Under the pieces are notes generated by a model, which had not been told where the DNA came from, did not search any database, and saw only the letters and a list, made by a program, of their open reading frames with translations. From a virus (taxonomy: Duplodnaviria; Heunggongvirae; Uroviricota; Caudoviricetes): a DNA stretch of 64,000 bases. Shown here piece after piece: positions 47,938 through 57,006 of the stretch; the stretch's first letter is position 1; each line of letters begins with the position of its first letter. The DNA is taken from IMG/VR virus record IMGVR_UViG_2925939204_000001; one strand, 5' to 3'. The translations under genes were made by a program, and so were the position numbers.

Positions 47938-48918
47938 TTAACCGATTGCTTTCAGGCCATGAACAAGAGCAAGTTGCGGGTCATCCGCCACGAAGAAACG
48001 GTCATCACGAATATTAACTTGCTCGCGAATTGCATCTGCCACCAGCGGTGCGCCACCACCGATCACCATGACATGCGTATATCCTTTAAAGTCGCCAATC
48101 ACATCAAGAACGCGGGTACGCAGACGGTCAATGCTTGCGGCAATGGCCTTTTTCACATCACCAATCGCTGATGGGTCATTGATATTGTCGTTCAGATAAT
48201 CTTCATCGTGGCGGTTAATAATGAGCTGATCAACATTGTAATTTGACGTTTCGGTATTGGCTCTGGCAAGTGCTTGCCTTACTTCCCTGGTAACCAGAGA
48301 GACGCCAAGATTCGAATCGCCAAAAACACGGGAAACTGCCGTCATTTGCCCGGCGACCATTGAAACATCAAGGGTAGTTCCACCCAAATCGACGATAAGA
48401 ATAGAATGGGCAGGGTTCAGATTGTCGCACAGGCCAATTCCTGCCGGAATAGACTCCGGTCGTACCGTAACTTTCTTAATCGTGAACACATTGCCTTTAT
48501 TCAGCGTGACGGGGCGCATAAGGCTGGCTTTCTTGCGCTCGATGTTATCGAGATTGTATTGCGCGTCGTCGTCGTAAAACTCCGCCAGAGGCAGCGTGAC
48601 CACAATTTCTACTTCCTGCGGCTCAATGCCACTTGTCAGCAGGGCATGGTGAACAGCCAGGACGTTAAGCGGGCTGTATTGCCATTCCACGTTATTCGTC
48701 GGCAGAACATCTGGCGAGATCAAATCATACGAATACTTTTCGTCGTCAATGACATAGTTAAACGGCTTGCCAGCACCAAATGTTGCTGACCATCCGCGCT
48801 TAAAGCTGTTAGGGCTGATGTGAGTGCGAGTTTCCCCGTCGTGCTCCCACAGCATTTTGATATTGGTTGAACCATCATCGATAAAAATGCGCATCTTCTT
48901 GCTCCACTTCTGAGACAC
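47938..48918 (-). CDS. parM: ParM/StbA actin-like partition ATPase
   Basis: Actin-fold phosphate motifs IFIDDGSTNIK and LIVDLGGTTLD, GGGAP near C-terminus. Confidence 0.75.
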   Translation of the reverse strand: MSQKWSKKMRIFIDDGSTNIKMLWEHDGETRTHISPNSFKRGWSATFGAGKPFNYVIDDEKYSYDLISPDVLPTNNVEWQYSPLNVLAVHHALLTSGIEPQEVEIVVTLPLAEFYDDDAQYNLDNIERKKASLMRPVTLNKGNVFTIKKVTVRPESIPAGIGLCDNLNPAHSILIVDLGGTTLDVSMVAGQMTAVSRVFGDSNLGVSLVTREVRQALARANTETSNYNVDQLIINRHDEDYLNDNINDPSAIGDVKKAIAASIDRLRTRVLDVIGDFKGYTHVMVIGGGAPLVADAIREQVNIRDDRFFVADDPQLALVHGLKAIG

Positions 48919-49090
48919 ATTTGAGAATCAAAATGTAATTTTAAAAGAGAAGCACCCAAAAATCCACACCAAACGAGATAAAGAAGAGCGATTGTTGAGT
49001 TTATTTTGAGAATATCTTGATCACCCACCGAATGATGGTCTGACAGTGAGATTTATTTGAGAACGAATTGAGAATGCAAAAATATTCCGA
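48919..49090. repeat. parC-like centromere/promoter repeats upstream of parM
   Basis: Five TTGAGAA(T/C) units between 48920 and 49076. Confidence 0.4.
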
Positions 49091-49160
49091 AATTTAACTC
49101 TCCGTTTGAATGACGAAATAACAAAGTGATGACAATAGGAGGATAACCAGGAGGTGAAGA

Positions 49161-49445
49161 ATGAGCGCAATAGCCACCAGCGACACCCTTTGTTCTGGTC
49201 ACGGAGGATTTCCGCCGCGACTGGTAGCTGAAACCGTTCCCTGGTTCACCGTTAACGGTAAGCCAGTTGTTGTAGATGGTGCCATGTTTCCCAGTCACAC
49301 TGACGGTAACAGTGCACATCCAGGGGCAGCTGTATCGACGCGAGTATGGTTTTCGATAGGTGGAAAGGGAGTTGTCTGTGTAGGCGATCCGCTTTCTTGT
49401 GGTTCTGTTATCGCCAACGGCGAGGATATTTTTCAGGTTGCATAA
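49161..49445 (+). CDS. PAAR-like spike tip protein
   Basis: 94 aa Gly-rich protein with CSGHGG...VNGKPVVVDGA...CVGDPLSCGSV pattern reminiscent of PAAR repeats. Confidence 0.45.
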   Translation: MSAIATSDTLCSGHGGFPPRLVAETVPWFTVNGKPVVVDGAMFPSHTDGNSAHPGAAVSTRVWFSIGGKGVVCVGDPLSCGSVIANGEDIFQVA

Positions 49446-50251
49446 TGCTTGATTCAATAGGTGAAGTTAAAGCCTTCAAAATTCTGTCAGATGCCGGTAT
49501 CTCTACACCAGAATCTATAACCATAAGCCGGGCAGCTTCTGTAAAAGCCTCATCGCTCGCCAGCGCCATACAGGGAATAGTTCACGCCGATAAAACCTAT
49601 CCTGATTCTGTTTCGGCCTGGACTACTCAATTGCTTGGCTTTTCTGAACAGCTCAATGAGGCCAGCAAAGCGTCTTCATCACTGGCTGATTCTCTTTCCC
49701 CATACACCAAGCCATCAGAGCTGTTACAGATGAAGATTGGCTGGGAATGCTACGCAAAAGGTAACGAGCTGACCCCCATACCTGCTTTCGCCCTTGTTGA
49801 GGGAATGGGGAATGTTTCCATTCCGCAATCTCTAACGGACGCATTGACGGCGCTAAAACTTGATGCTCTGAAAACCGCCATGAACGCCATTAACGCAAAA
49901 ATTGAAGCTGCCGGAAGTGCTGGTGGTGGTGATAGCAATGGTGGACAGGGTGGTGCTGGGGGCGCTCAGGCTCCAGTCATTACTCAGGATGAAATTGATG
50001 CTTTACGGGAAGCAGTGACAGCCGCCGAAGCTTTACTCTCCGAAATTAACTCAGCAAGTGAGAGTGTCGTAGCCCTTACAGGTCGCATTAAAACGTCAAC
50101 CACTCAGGCAACCAAAGGTTTAGAGAACGCTGTCGCCATCACGTTAACTGGTTCTCTACTGGATGATGCAGTAATGAGTCCGGCACTCAGTTTAATCATG
50201 CCACAAGGCGTTATCGATGCGCTCCAAAAGAACACCAAAAAGGAACCATAG
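49445..50251 (+). CDS. hypothetical protein (268 aa), Ala/Ser-rich
   Basis: ATG overlaps the stop of the PAAR-like gene (TAATG). Confidence 0.5.
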   Translation: MLDSIGEVKAFKILSDAGISTPESITISRAASVKASSLASAIQGIVHADKTYPDSVSAWTTQLLGFSEQLNEASKASSSLADSLSPYTKPSELLQMKIGWECYAKGNELTPIPAFALVEGMGNVSIPQSLTDALTALKLDALKTAMNAINAKIEAAGSAGGGDSNGGQGGAGGAQAPVITQDEIDALREAVTAAEALLSEINSASESVVALTGRIKTSTTQATKGLENAVAITLTGSLLDDAVMSPALSLIMPQGVIDALQKNTKKEP

Positions 50252-50306
50252 CAACACCACTTAGGCACACAAAAGGATGTAAATTGGCACATGTTTAACA
50301 CCAAAA

Positions 50307-50780
50307 ATGAACCTGAAGAGGATGGTTTTGAAAAAGATAATTTTGATTGTAATTGCGCTTTTAGCCATTTCTGGAATTTACCGAACAACGACGGCAGTTA
50401 TCGAACACATCAGGTATGTCCGATCGCTTGAAGACTCAAAATCACAACTGGAAAGCACGAACAACACGCTTTCTGCCGCATTACAGTTAAGTGAGAACGC
50501 TCGCTCAGCCATGCTGACCGAAAACGAAAGAATTAAAGCACTGGAAAAGGAGTACCAGCGCAAAACAGCAGAACTGAATGCCAACCTAATCAAACAACGA
50601 GAGGAAAGCCAGAATGAAATCACTCGCCTTGAAAATGCGTTACGCCGTGCTGGGATTAACGATGTGCGTGTGCCTGATGACGTTATCAGGATGCAGCGGG
50701 AACGGGCAAAAGCCATCAACCAGCGTGCCAGTGAAAATTACCGTAGAAGCCACCAGCAAGCCGCAGGCAAATCTGATTGA
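50307..50780 (+). CDS. Rz-like i-spanin
   Basis: N-terminal TM anchor then coiled-coil periplasmic domain; contains an embedded out-of-frame lipoprotein ORF. Confidence 0.5.
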   Translation: MNLKRMVLKKIILIVIALLAISGIYRTTTAVIEHIRYVRSLEDSKSQLESTNNTLSAALQLSENARSAMLTENERIKALEKEYQRKTAELNANLIKQREESQNEITRLENALRRAGINDVRVPDDVIRMQRERAKAINQRASENYRRSHQQAAGKSD

Positions 50781-50940
50781 TTACTCCCCTTGTTTAGTGC
50801 CAGAGGACACGCCAGTGCTGTTAAACAAGTATCCGACATACGCTGAACAGTTATTCAGCACGATCGACGAATGCAACCAACGAAACGCACTGAATAACCA
50901 AAGAAACAGGGAGATTTGGGAAGGGAAGGGGCGGCAGTGA
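50614..50940 (+). CDS. Rz1-like o-spanin lipoprotein (overlapped architecture)
   Basis: Lipobox LSGC after signal peptide; starts inside the Rz-like gene in another frame and extends beyond it. Confidence 0.45.
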   Translation: MKSLALKMRYAVLGLTMCVCLMTLSGCSGNGQKPSTSVPVKITVEATSKPQANLIDYSPCLVPEDTPVLLNKYPTYAEQLFSTIDECNQRNALNNQRNREIWEGKGRQ

Positions 50941-50966
50941 GCTTCACAAAATCTATATAGCTATTT

Positions 50967-51003
50967 TATGTTAGAAAAATAATTTGAATTTTCGAACATA
51001 AAC
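50967..51003. promoter_or_regulatory. paired operator-like sites (TATGTTAGAAAAATAAT and variant TTTTCGAACAT)
   Basis: Copies of the recurring motif upstream of the second immI-like module. Confidence 0.35.
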
Positions 51004-51134
51004 AATAAAATAAATCATCAAAAATTTGATGTTGATCTTCCATGTTTTCAGGCTTATATTCACGCCGTTGCAGCAAATTCTGCGACCGGGTTTAGCAGCC
51101 TGAATGTACATGCGGACAACCGCAGATATCCGAT

Positions 51135-51300
51135 ATTGCGGTATTTTTGTGTCCGTAAAACCATGTTACGCCCGAATTATGGTGGGGCGTGATGGGGAGG
51201 CTTCGGCCTGCTGGTTTCATGTACGCCAGTCTGCTAACCCCGTCACGTCCTGCCACCCGTTTAGCAGCGGGTAGCAGGTTGTTAAACCTGTACATGAGGC
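51135..51300 (+). ncRNA. putative c4-like antisense RNA / immI leader region (second copy, different sequence)
   Basis: Same architecture as 30480-30640: hairpin with T run at ~51101-51130, then leader with self-complementary TGTACA-containing elements near the icd RBS. Confidence 0.25.
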
Positions 51301-51307
51301 CGTAACT

Positions 51308-51523
51308 ATGGTTAATGCCAATCCTTGCGCACGCCCGGAATTTATCTGGCGCTTTTATTCCTGCACAAAACACACCTACATCAGCGTAATGGCAGCTACT
51401 GAGGCTGAAGCGCGTTCATTTCTTCCTACAGATCCATGCATTTTTGCCGCTCGCTTTAAACTCGATGCTCTGGACGTTTTGACCTACTGGAACCGCCCAA
51501 TGAACTGCGTGGAGGTGCATTAA
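51308..51523 (+). CDS. Icd-like small protein (71 aa)
   Basis: Paralogue of 30664..30879 (shared EFIWRFYSC...VMAATEAEARS...PCIFAARF...NCVEVH). Confidence 0.5.
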   Translation: MVNANPCARPEFIWRFYSCTKHTYISVMAATEAEARSFLPTDPCIFAARFKLDALDVLTYWNRPMNCVEVH

Positions 51524-52521
51524 TGGACGCAGTAACTATCAATAACAAACCATTCCCGACTCTCGAATATAAAAATCAGCGTGTAGTGACCTTTGAGATG
51601 ATTGATGAGGTGCACGAACGTGTTGATGGGGCAGCCAGGGGAACATTTAAGCGAAACAGAAGTCGTTTCATTGAAGGGGTGGATACTTATGTTATTGATT
51701 ATTCTGAAAAGGGCTTTTTAAGCCCATTTGGAATTGATGTCCCCCCGCGCGGTTTGCGCGTGTTCACTGAGTCCGGCTATCTGATGATTGTTAAGTCATT
51801 CAATGACGATCTGGCCTGGCAAGTGCAACGTGAGCTGGTAAACAGCTATTTTCGTATTAAGCAATTAATACCGGAGCACTCACCGCTAAAATCAAAAGCC
51901 GAAATCCTGGCCGAAATGGCGCAAATGCATCTTGAGCATGAACGCCGGATCAACGCCGTAAATGCCCAGGTAGCCGAGGTATCAGCACAAGTATCGATGG
52001 TCGCTGAAACACTCGAGCAAATCAAGAAAGGCAATATTCCGGAAGGCTACATTGGCTACCGCCAGCTGGCGGCGAAATGTGGCCTGACTGAAGCAAAATG
52101 TCGCAACCTGGTCAACGCTTACCGGATTCCCACCGATACGCATGAGTTTTTAACTCCCGATGGTTTGCTTGCGCGACGCTCCATTGTGGCCCTGGCCCCC
52201 TTCCGGAAAGCCTTTAAGCAGGTGATGTCGGAGGCAGAACCACGCAATAAACGCTGGTATCATCCAAAGATGGGGATGTTTCAGGCAATCCACCATCCTG
52301 TGCCTGAAAGCCCAAAGGATAATCTGTCACTACATACCGTCAGAGAGAAGATCAGGACTGGATACGCAACAGTGTGTCGTCGTTCTTCCTGGCCTGAAGG
52401 TATATGGGTGTGGCCCGAAGGTGGATCACGAAAGCACTGGCGCACTATCCGGGACGGGAAAATCCATGCTATTGATTTAGCGCCAGAGGATATTGTTGCT
52501 ACGGACTGGATTGTTAGTTAA
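51523..52521 (+). CDS. antirepressor-like protein (KilA-N/Bro-N-type N-terminal domain, shared Ant C-terminal domain)
   Basis: N-terminal ~110 aa unrelated to 30879..31820; C-terminal ~210 aa near-identical. Confidence 0.6.
   Translation: MDAVTINNKPFPTLEYKNQRVVTFEMIDEVHERVDGAARGTFKRNRSRFIEGVDTYVIDYSEKGFLSPFGIDVPPRGLRVFTESGYLMIVKSFNDDLAWQVQRELVNSYFRIKQLIPEHSPLKSKAEILAEMAQMHLEHERRINAVNAQVAEVSAQVSMVAETLEQIKKGNIPEGYIGYRQLAAKCGLTEAKCRNLVNAYRIPTDTHEFLTPDGLLARRSIVALAPFRKAFKQVMSEAEPRNKRWYHPKMGMFQAIHHPVPESPKDNLSLHTVREKIRTGYATVCRRSSWPEGIWVWPEGGSRKHWRTIRDGKIHAIDLAPEDIVATDWIVS
51887..52521. repeat. ~635-bp direct repeat, copy 2 (partner at 31185..31820)
   Basis: Near-identical DNA with a handful of substitutions. 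Confidence 0.85.
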
Positions 52522-52556
52522 TTACTGTTGCCCCGGCCTGTCCGGGGCTTTCGTGA

Positions 52557-52961
52557 CTAAAAATCTGTTCGCTGTCGCCATGCGTTTTTTAACTCAGGAA
52601 TATCCGCCATTTCAATTAACTTGCGAAGTCCAGCACTGACTTTCCCATTGCCAACCATAGCAAGCCAATCTCTTACTGCTTTCGGCATGTAGAGCGTTGC
52701 AGTTACCGGCTCTTCAACCCTGGCAGGACATCCGCATACAGGCCATTTAACTGATTCCATAACTTCGGATGCCGGGGTGAGGGCGGGGACATTGAGTATA
52801 TCTCTACCAGAAAACTGGATAACGATCCGTTCAGCGAGCGAGAGTATCTCACTTTCGGCAAGAATTGATGCCAACTGCGCCTCAACAAGAAAGCGACTTG
52901 TTGTGTTCAGAGAGTGGCTCTTAGCGCCATTTTTATACGAAACAAAGATTCGATACGCCAT
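52557..52961 (-). CDS. hypothetical protein (134 aa)
   Basis: Complete ORF; operator-like motif just upstream of its start. Confidence 0.45.
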   Translation of the reverse strand: MAYRIFVSYKNGAKSHSLNTTSRFLVEAQLASILAESEILSLAERIVIQFSGRDILNVPALTPASEVMESVKWPVCGCPARVEEPVTATLYMPKAVRDWLAMVGNGKVSAGLRKLIEMADIPELKNAWRQRTDF

Positions 52962-52974
52962 AACTCTAATGATT

Positions 52975-52993
52975 TGTGTTAGAAAACTAAAAT
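52975..52993. promoter_or_regulatory. operator-like site TGTGTTAGAAAACTAAAAT
   Basis: Copy of the recurring motif in the divergent region between 52557..52961 and 53120..54817. Confidence 0.4.
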
Positions 52994-53119
52994 TAAATCA
53001 CATAACAACATGCGTGTTAATAGATTTTATTTTACTAAACCTATTGACTAAATCACAAAGTAGGTATTGTTAGCCCGTCAAAAGAACCTTCACGCCGCGC
53101 CCGAATTTAGGGCTTAACC

Positions 53120-54817
53120 GTGAATAAAAACATTCAGCCAGCTCGTGATCGCGAGCGCGAGATTATGAATCGGGCGGCAAGCGTCATGGCTATGACCGTC
53201 GATCCGACCACCGATGCAGCAGGCAACATGATTGCTGACCAGGCAGTAATGATGGAAAACCTGGATAAAGCAATCCAGAAAGTGCCTATGTTTGAAGGCG
53301 TAAATCCAGAGGTCGCTCGTCAGATCACTGGTGGGTGGGCTATGTCTCTGCATGAGTATAAACGTCAACATGGTCATTACCCGGCAAGTGACATCCTGGC
53401 GAACGCACACATGGCTCTTGAGCGCCTGATGACTGAATGTGCCAGTGATACCCATGAAGGCACGGGTAAGGCAATGTTTGAGTCTGTCGCGCAATCAATG
53501 CGTAGCTCTGACGGCGTAATGAAAGTTGCTCAATATGCTGCTCTAATTCTGCCTGCCTCTCTGGGCGCTGCTACCAGTGATGCCTGTACTTTTGTTCCTT
53601 GTGATCGTGACGAGTCAAATATTTATGAACTGGTCAACGTAGCAGGCACAAAATTCGGCACCTTCAAACAAGGTGACGAACTGAATATGCAGTCAGCTGG
53701 TGTTTATTCTCAAATGAAGCGCCTGTATACCCTTTCCACTAAAGGGGATGGCAGCACCAAAACCTTCCAGTTCGACATCCAAAATTTTGAGGGACAATCC
53801 TGCCCGCTTCGCGCTGGTTATAACAAACTGCTGATCAACCGCAAACCGTCCAAAGTTGACGACGGCGATGGCAACCTTTATTTCAATGCTAAAGACAGCA
53901 AAGGTAATGCTTTCTCAGCGACTGCCAAAGTTGCCTATGACACTGGTGTCATTGACATTACATTTACCCAGGCTCCGCCAGTAGGTACTGAAATTGCTGT
54001 TCAGGTCGAAATTAACATCGAGCGCAATCCAAGCCTGATTCCGGTGATCAACCAGGCTATGCGTAAGTACGAAGTTCGTCCGTCCCAGTACGTACTTGCT
54101 TCCGAACACACGGTAATGTCCGCATCCGATTTAAGCCGTGAGCACGGCCTTGAATTAGCGGCACTTCAGTTCTCCGCGATGCGTAACTGGATCTCCCATG
54201 AAACCGACATCATGCGTCTGCGCACCCTGGTATTCCATACCGTTTATGGTCGTGAATTTGATGTGGCTCTGCCGGAAGCTCAAAACTATGAGTCCTGGGT
54301 CGGCCTCCTGCGTCACGCAGTAAACGCTCTGTCTCAAGAAATGGCAAATCGTACCCTGACAACGGGTATTCGTGGCGGCTTTGCTGGTAGTGACGCCGCG
54401 AACTTCCTGCGCTCTCTGCCTCCACAGCACTTCCAGATCGCACCAGGTTACGTTCAGTCGCCGTATGTACAGTACATCGGCACCCTGTTTGGCACGATTC
54501 GTATTTACGAAGTGCCGCAACCTGTCTGTGAGCAATTCCTGGCACAGGGATATGACTTCGGGCTGGATGACATCTTCTTCTATGGGCGTGGCGAAGGCAT
54601 CGGTAAAGCCGGTCTGATTGCTGGTGATGCAGTCCCAGCAATCCCTTACGTTCACGAAACCAATCCGTCTCTCGTTAACCGTACCACTCTCTGGGGCAGT
54701 GCCATCAACGAAGTACATCCTCGCAACGGTGAAAACTACTTCACCCGCCTGCGTCTGACTCGTGCCAAAGAAGGTGCTATCGACATGCTGACAGGCAAGG
54801 TTAACGAAAAAAAGTGA
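53120..54817 (+). CDS. large virion structural protein (565 aa; head-protein size class)
   Basis: First gene of a rightward structural cluster; no motif recognised by eye. Confidence 0.45.
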   Translation: MNKNIQPARDREREIMNRAASVMAMTVDPTTDAAGNMIADQAVMMENLDKAIQKVPMFEGVNPEVARQITGGWAMSLHEYKRQHGHYPASDILANAHMALERLMTECASDTHEGTGKAMFESVAQSMRSSDGVMKVAQYAALILPASLGAATSDACTFVPCDRDESNIYELVNVAGTKFGTFKQGDELNMQSAGVYSQMKRLYTLSTKGDGSTKTFQFDIQNFEGQSCPLRAGYNKLLINRKPSKVDDGDGNLYFNAKDSKGNAFSATAKVAYDTGVIDITFTQAPPVGTEIAVQVEINIERNPSLIPVINQAMRKYEVRPSQYVLASEHTVMSASDLSREHGLELAALQFSAMRNWISHETDIMRLRTLVFHTVYGREFDVALPEAQNYESWVGLLRHAVNALSQEMANRTLTTGIRGGFAGSDAANFLRSLPPQHFQIAPGYVQSPYVQYIGTLFGTIRIYEVPQPVCEQFLAQGYDFGLDDIFFYGRGEGIGKAGLIAGDAVPAIPYVHETNPSLVNRTTLWGSAINEVHPRNGENYFTRLRLTRAKEGAIDMLTGKVNEKK

Positions 54818-54964
54818 TGGTGGCGAACGTGTCGGTATCACCAACGTCACTTGACGTAGATGAAGGTGAAACTATCGCCGCGAACACTTCAAAGGCACAG
54901 AAAAAAACAAAGCAGAAGTAAGGCAAAAACACGCCCCTGATTAAGGGGCGGTAAGGAGAAAAAA

Positions 54965-55243
54965 ATGGCAAACATTCAAGTAACTATCACGCCACCTGAC
55001 GCAACAGACAAATCTTTCACTGTTGAGTCAGATCACCCTGATATTGTCCAGGTTGATGGCACTACATGTACCGCTCTTAAGGCCGGGCAGGCAGTGCTGA
55101 CAATCAAAACAAATGACGGCAATAAAACCGCACAGTGCACAGTCACTGTTAGGGAGGCACATAAAAGCGTAAGCACCGTCAGTGTTGAACCAACTACGAA
55201 AGAAGTAACTGTAGGCGATAACTTCACGGTAAGCGAATCCTGA
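54965..55243 (+). CDS. Ig-like (Big_2-type) domain protein, possible decoration protein
   Basis: 92 aa with Thr/Val-rich beta-strand pattern VTITPPDATDKSFTVESDHPDIVQVDG typical of bacterial Ig-like domains. Confidence 0.5.
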   Translation: MANIQVTITPPDATDKSFTVESDHPDIVQVDGTTCTALKAGQAVLTIKTNDGNKTAQCTVTVREAHKSVSTVSVEPTTKEVTVGDNFTVSES

Positions 55244-55310
55244 TCAGAGGCTGCCCATTAACCGTGGGCAGCCTTGCCTCGTTCTCTCGCTTTAGAGGAT
55301 AAGAACCAGC

Positions 55311-56969
55311 ATGAATAAGATTAGTTTTTCGGTAGGGCAGGCAGCTGGCGTTGCTGTAATGTCAGTAAATGCTGACGCTAACCTCACCAATACCAGCGGT
55401 GGCGCATCCGTCTTTGCTGGGCTTGTAATATCGCGTCGTGGCGCACCGGGTAAGGTACTGAAAGTTGACGATACGACTTATCAAAGCGTATTAGGTTCAC
55501 CGATTCACCCTCGCCTGGGCGCGGCATTTGAACCATATCGCCACGTGGAGCGTGCAGTAAAAGGCGGCTCTGGATATGTCGTTCGAGTTTGCGCTAAAGA
55601 CATGAAGGTGCCGGGTATTTCTGTTTCCGTTGTGGGCAAAGCAAAAGCGGCAAAGGCGAGCAAAGAACTTTCCGTTGAACCTACTGAAACCACAGCAAAT
55701 CTAGGTGACACATTAAGCGTTGGTGTTGCTCCAACTGCAACGACTCAATCAGTGACCTTCACACCCAAAGAGACGCCCCAGATTAAAGGTGGAGAGAAGG
55801 CATTATTCTTCATCAAAGATGGTGATGCATCTCAAAATCGCACGTTATCACTAACTCGCGATGATGAAGAAAGCAAACTCTTTACGCTGACGCTGAAAGA
55901 AAAACAAACCGATGGGTCCATTGAGGTGCTGGAAAGCCACCAAGTGTCTTTCAATCCAGAAGGCACCAACGACATGGGCCAACCAGCATGGATTCCGACA
56001 CTGCTTGAAAGCCAGTCCGCTCGCATTGGTGCCGTACTGGCAGATAATGCAGAAGCATCCGCTGCTCAACTCATTTTTGAGGATGTGGCTTTTGAAGGTG
56101 GTACTGATGGAAATCTGTCCGAAATTGCCGCTGCAGACTATCTGGAAGCATTAAAGGTTCTCGAAGCTTCAGAGGTTAATTACACCGCATTGCTGTCATT
56201 GGGTTGTTATGACGCATCCGCCTTAGCCGCAATCAAAAAGCTGGCTGAAGATGTTCGCGTAGACATGTTCTATGACCTGAAGGGCAACCAGACACCTGAA
56301 AACGCTATTTCAGAAGCGAAAAGCCATAGTTTTGGCGGCTCACATCAACCAAGCCGTTACTACTTCCCGCTCTCCTGCCGAGATACTTTCACTGGAATGA
56401 ATGTCGTCTATGGCATTAGCTGCGACGCATTCGTAGCGAAGGCAAAAGGAGTGGCGCTGGTACCGGATGTTGGTGGTTGGCATTACGCACCGGCAGGTAT
56501 ATCACGCGCGATTATTGATCGACAGAACATTGCCCGAATTCCAAATATCGGTGCAGTTGATCGTGAAGCGTTCGTTCTTGCGCGCATTAATCCAGTTTCA
56601 GTTGCTGCTGACGGGTCCGTTTACATTGACGACTCTTTAACAACTTACAGCAAAAACAACTATCTGCGATTCCAGCATGTGTCTTCCTTGATGAACGCCA
56701 TCGCCAGAGATTTCTATGAAGTAGCTCAGGCGATTAAGCACGAACCGGATGGCATTACCAAAGAAGCGCTAATGAAAGCAATGACTGAATTGCTTGACCG
56801 TTACGTTGCAGCCGGTGCGCTGGTTACTCCACGTGACAAGTCCCAGGGTGAAGATCCATATGTTGTTCAGGTTGTCCAAAAGGACATCGATCTGTGGGAA
56901 GTGCCCTGGTCTGTTTGTCCGACCGGTACAGCTCGCCGAATCGCCGGTAAGCCAATTCTGATGCGCTGA
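55311..56969 (+). CDS. putative contractile tail sheath protein
   Basis: 552 aa; N-terminal pattern ...SVFAGLVISRRGAPGKVLKV... resembles sheath N-termini. Confidence 0.45.
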   Translation: MNKISFSVGQAAGVAVMSVNADANLTNTSGGASVFAGLVISRRGAPGKVLKVDDTTYQSVLGSPIHPRLGAAFEPYRHVERAVKGGSGYVVRVCAKDMKVPGISVSVVGKAKAAKASKELSVEPTETTANLGDTLSVGVAPTATTQSVTFTPKETPQIKGGEKALFFIKDGDASQNRTLSLTRDDEESKLFTLTLKEKQTDGSIEVLESHQVSFNPEGTNDMGQPAWIPTLLESQSARIGAVLADNAEASAAQLIFEDVAFEGGTDGNLSEIAAADYLEALKVLEASEVNYTALLSLGCYDASALAAIKKLAEDVRVDMFYDLKGNQTPENAISEAKSHSFGGSHQPSRYYFPLSCRDTFTGMNVVYGISCDAFVAKAKGVALVPDVGGWHYAPAGISRAIIDRQNIARIPNIGAVDREAFVLARINPVSVAADGSVYIDDSLTTYSKNNYLRFQHVSSLMNAIARDFYEVAQAIKHEPDGITKEALMKAMTELLDRYVAAGALVTPRDKSQGEDPYVVQVVQKDIDLWEVPWSVCPTGTARRIAGKPILMR

Positions 56970-57006
56970 TTTATAACCCCCGCTAAATGATGCGGGGGAG
57001 AGAGGT

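Noticed and set aside
54155-54850. 231-aa minus-strand ORF antisense to the 53120..54817 structural gene
   Set aside because: Embedded antisense ORF with no independent support.
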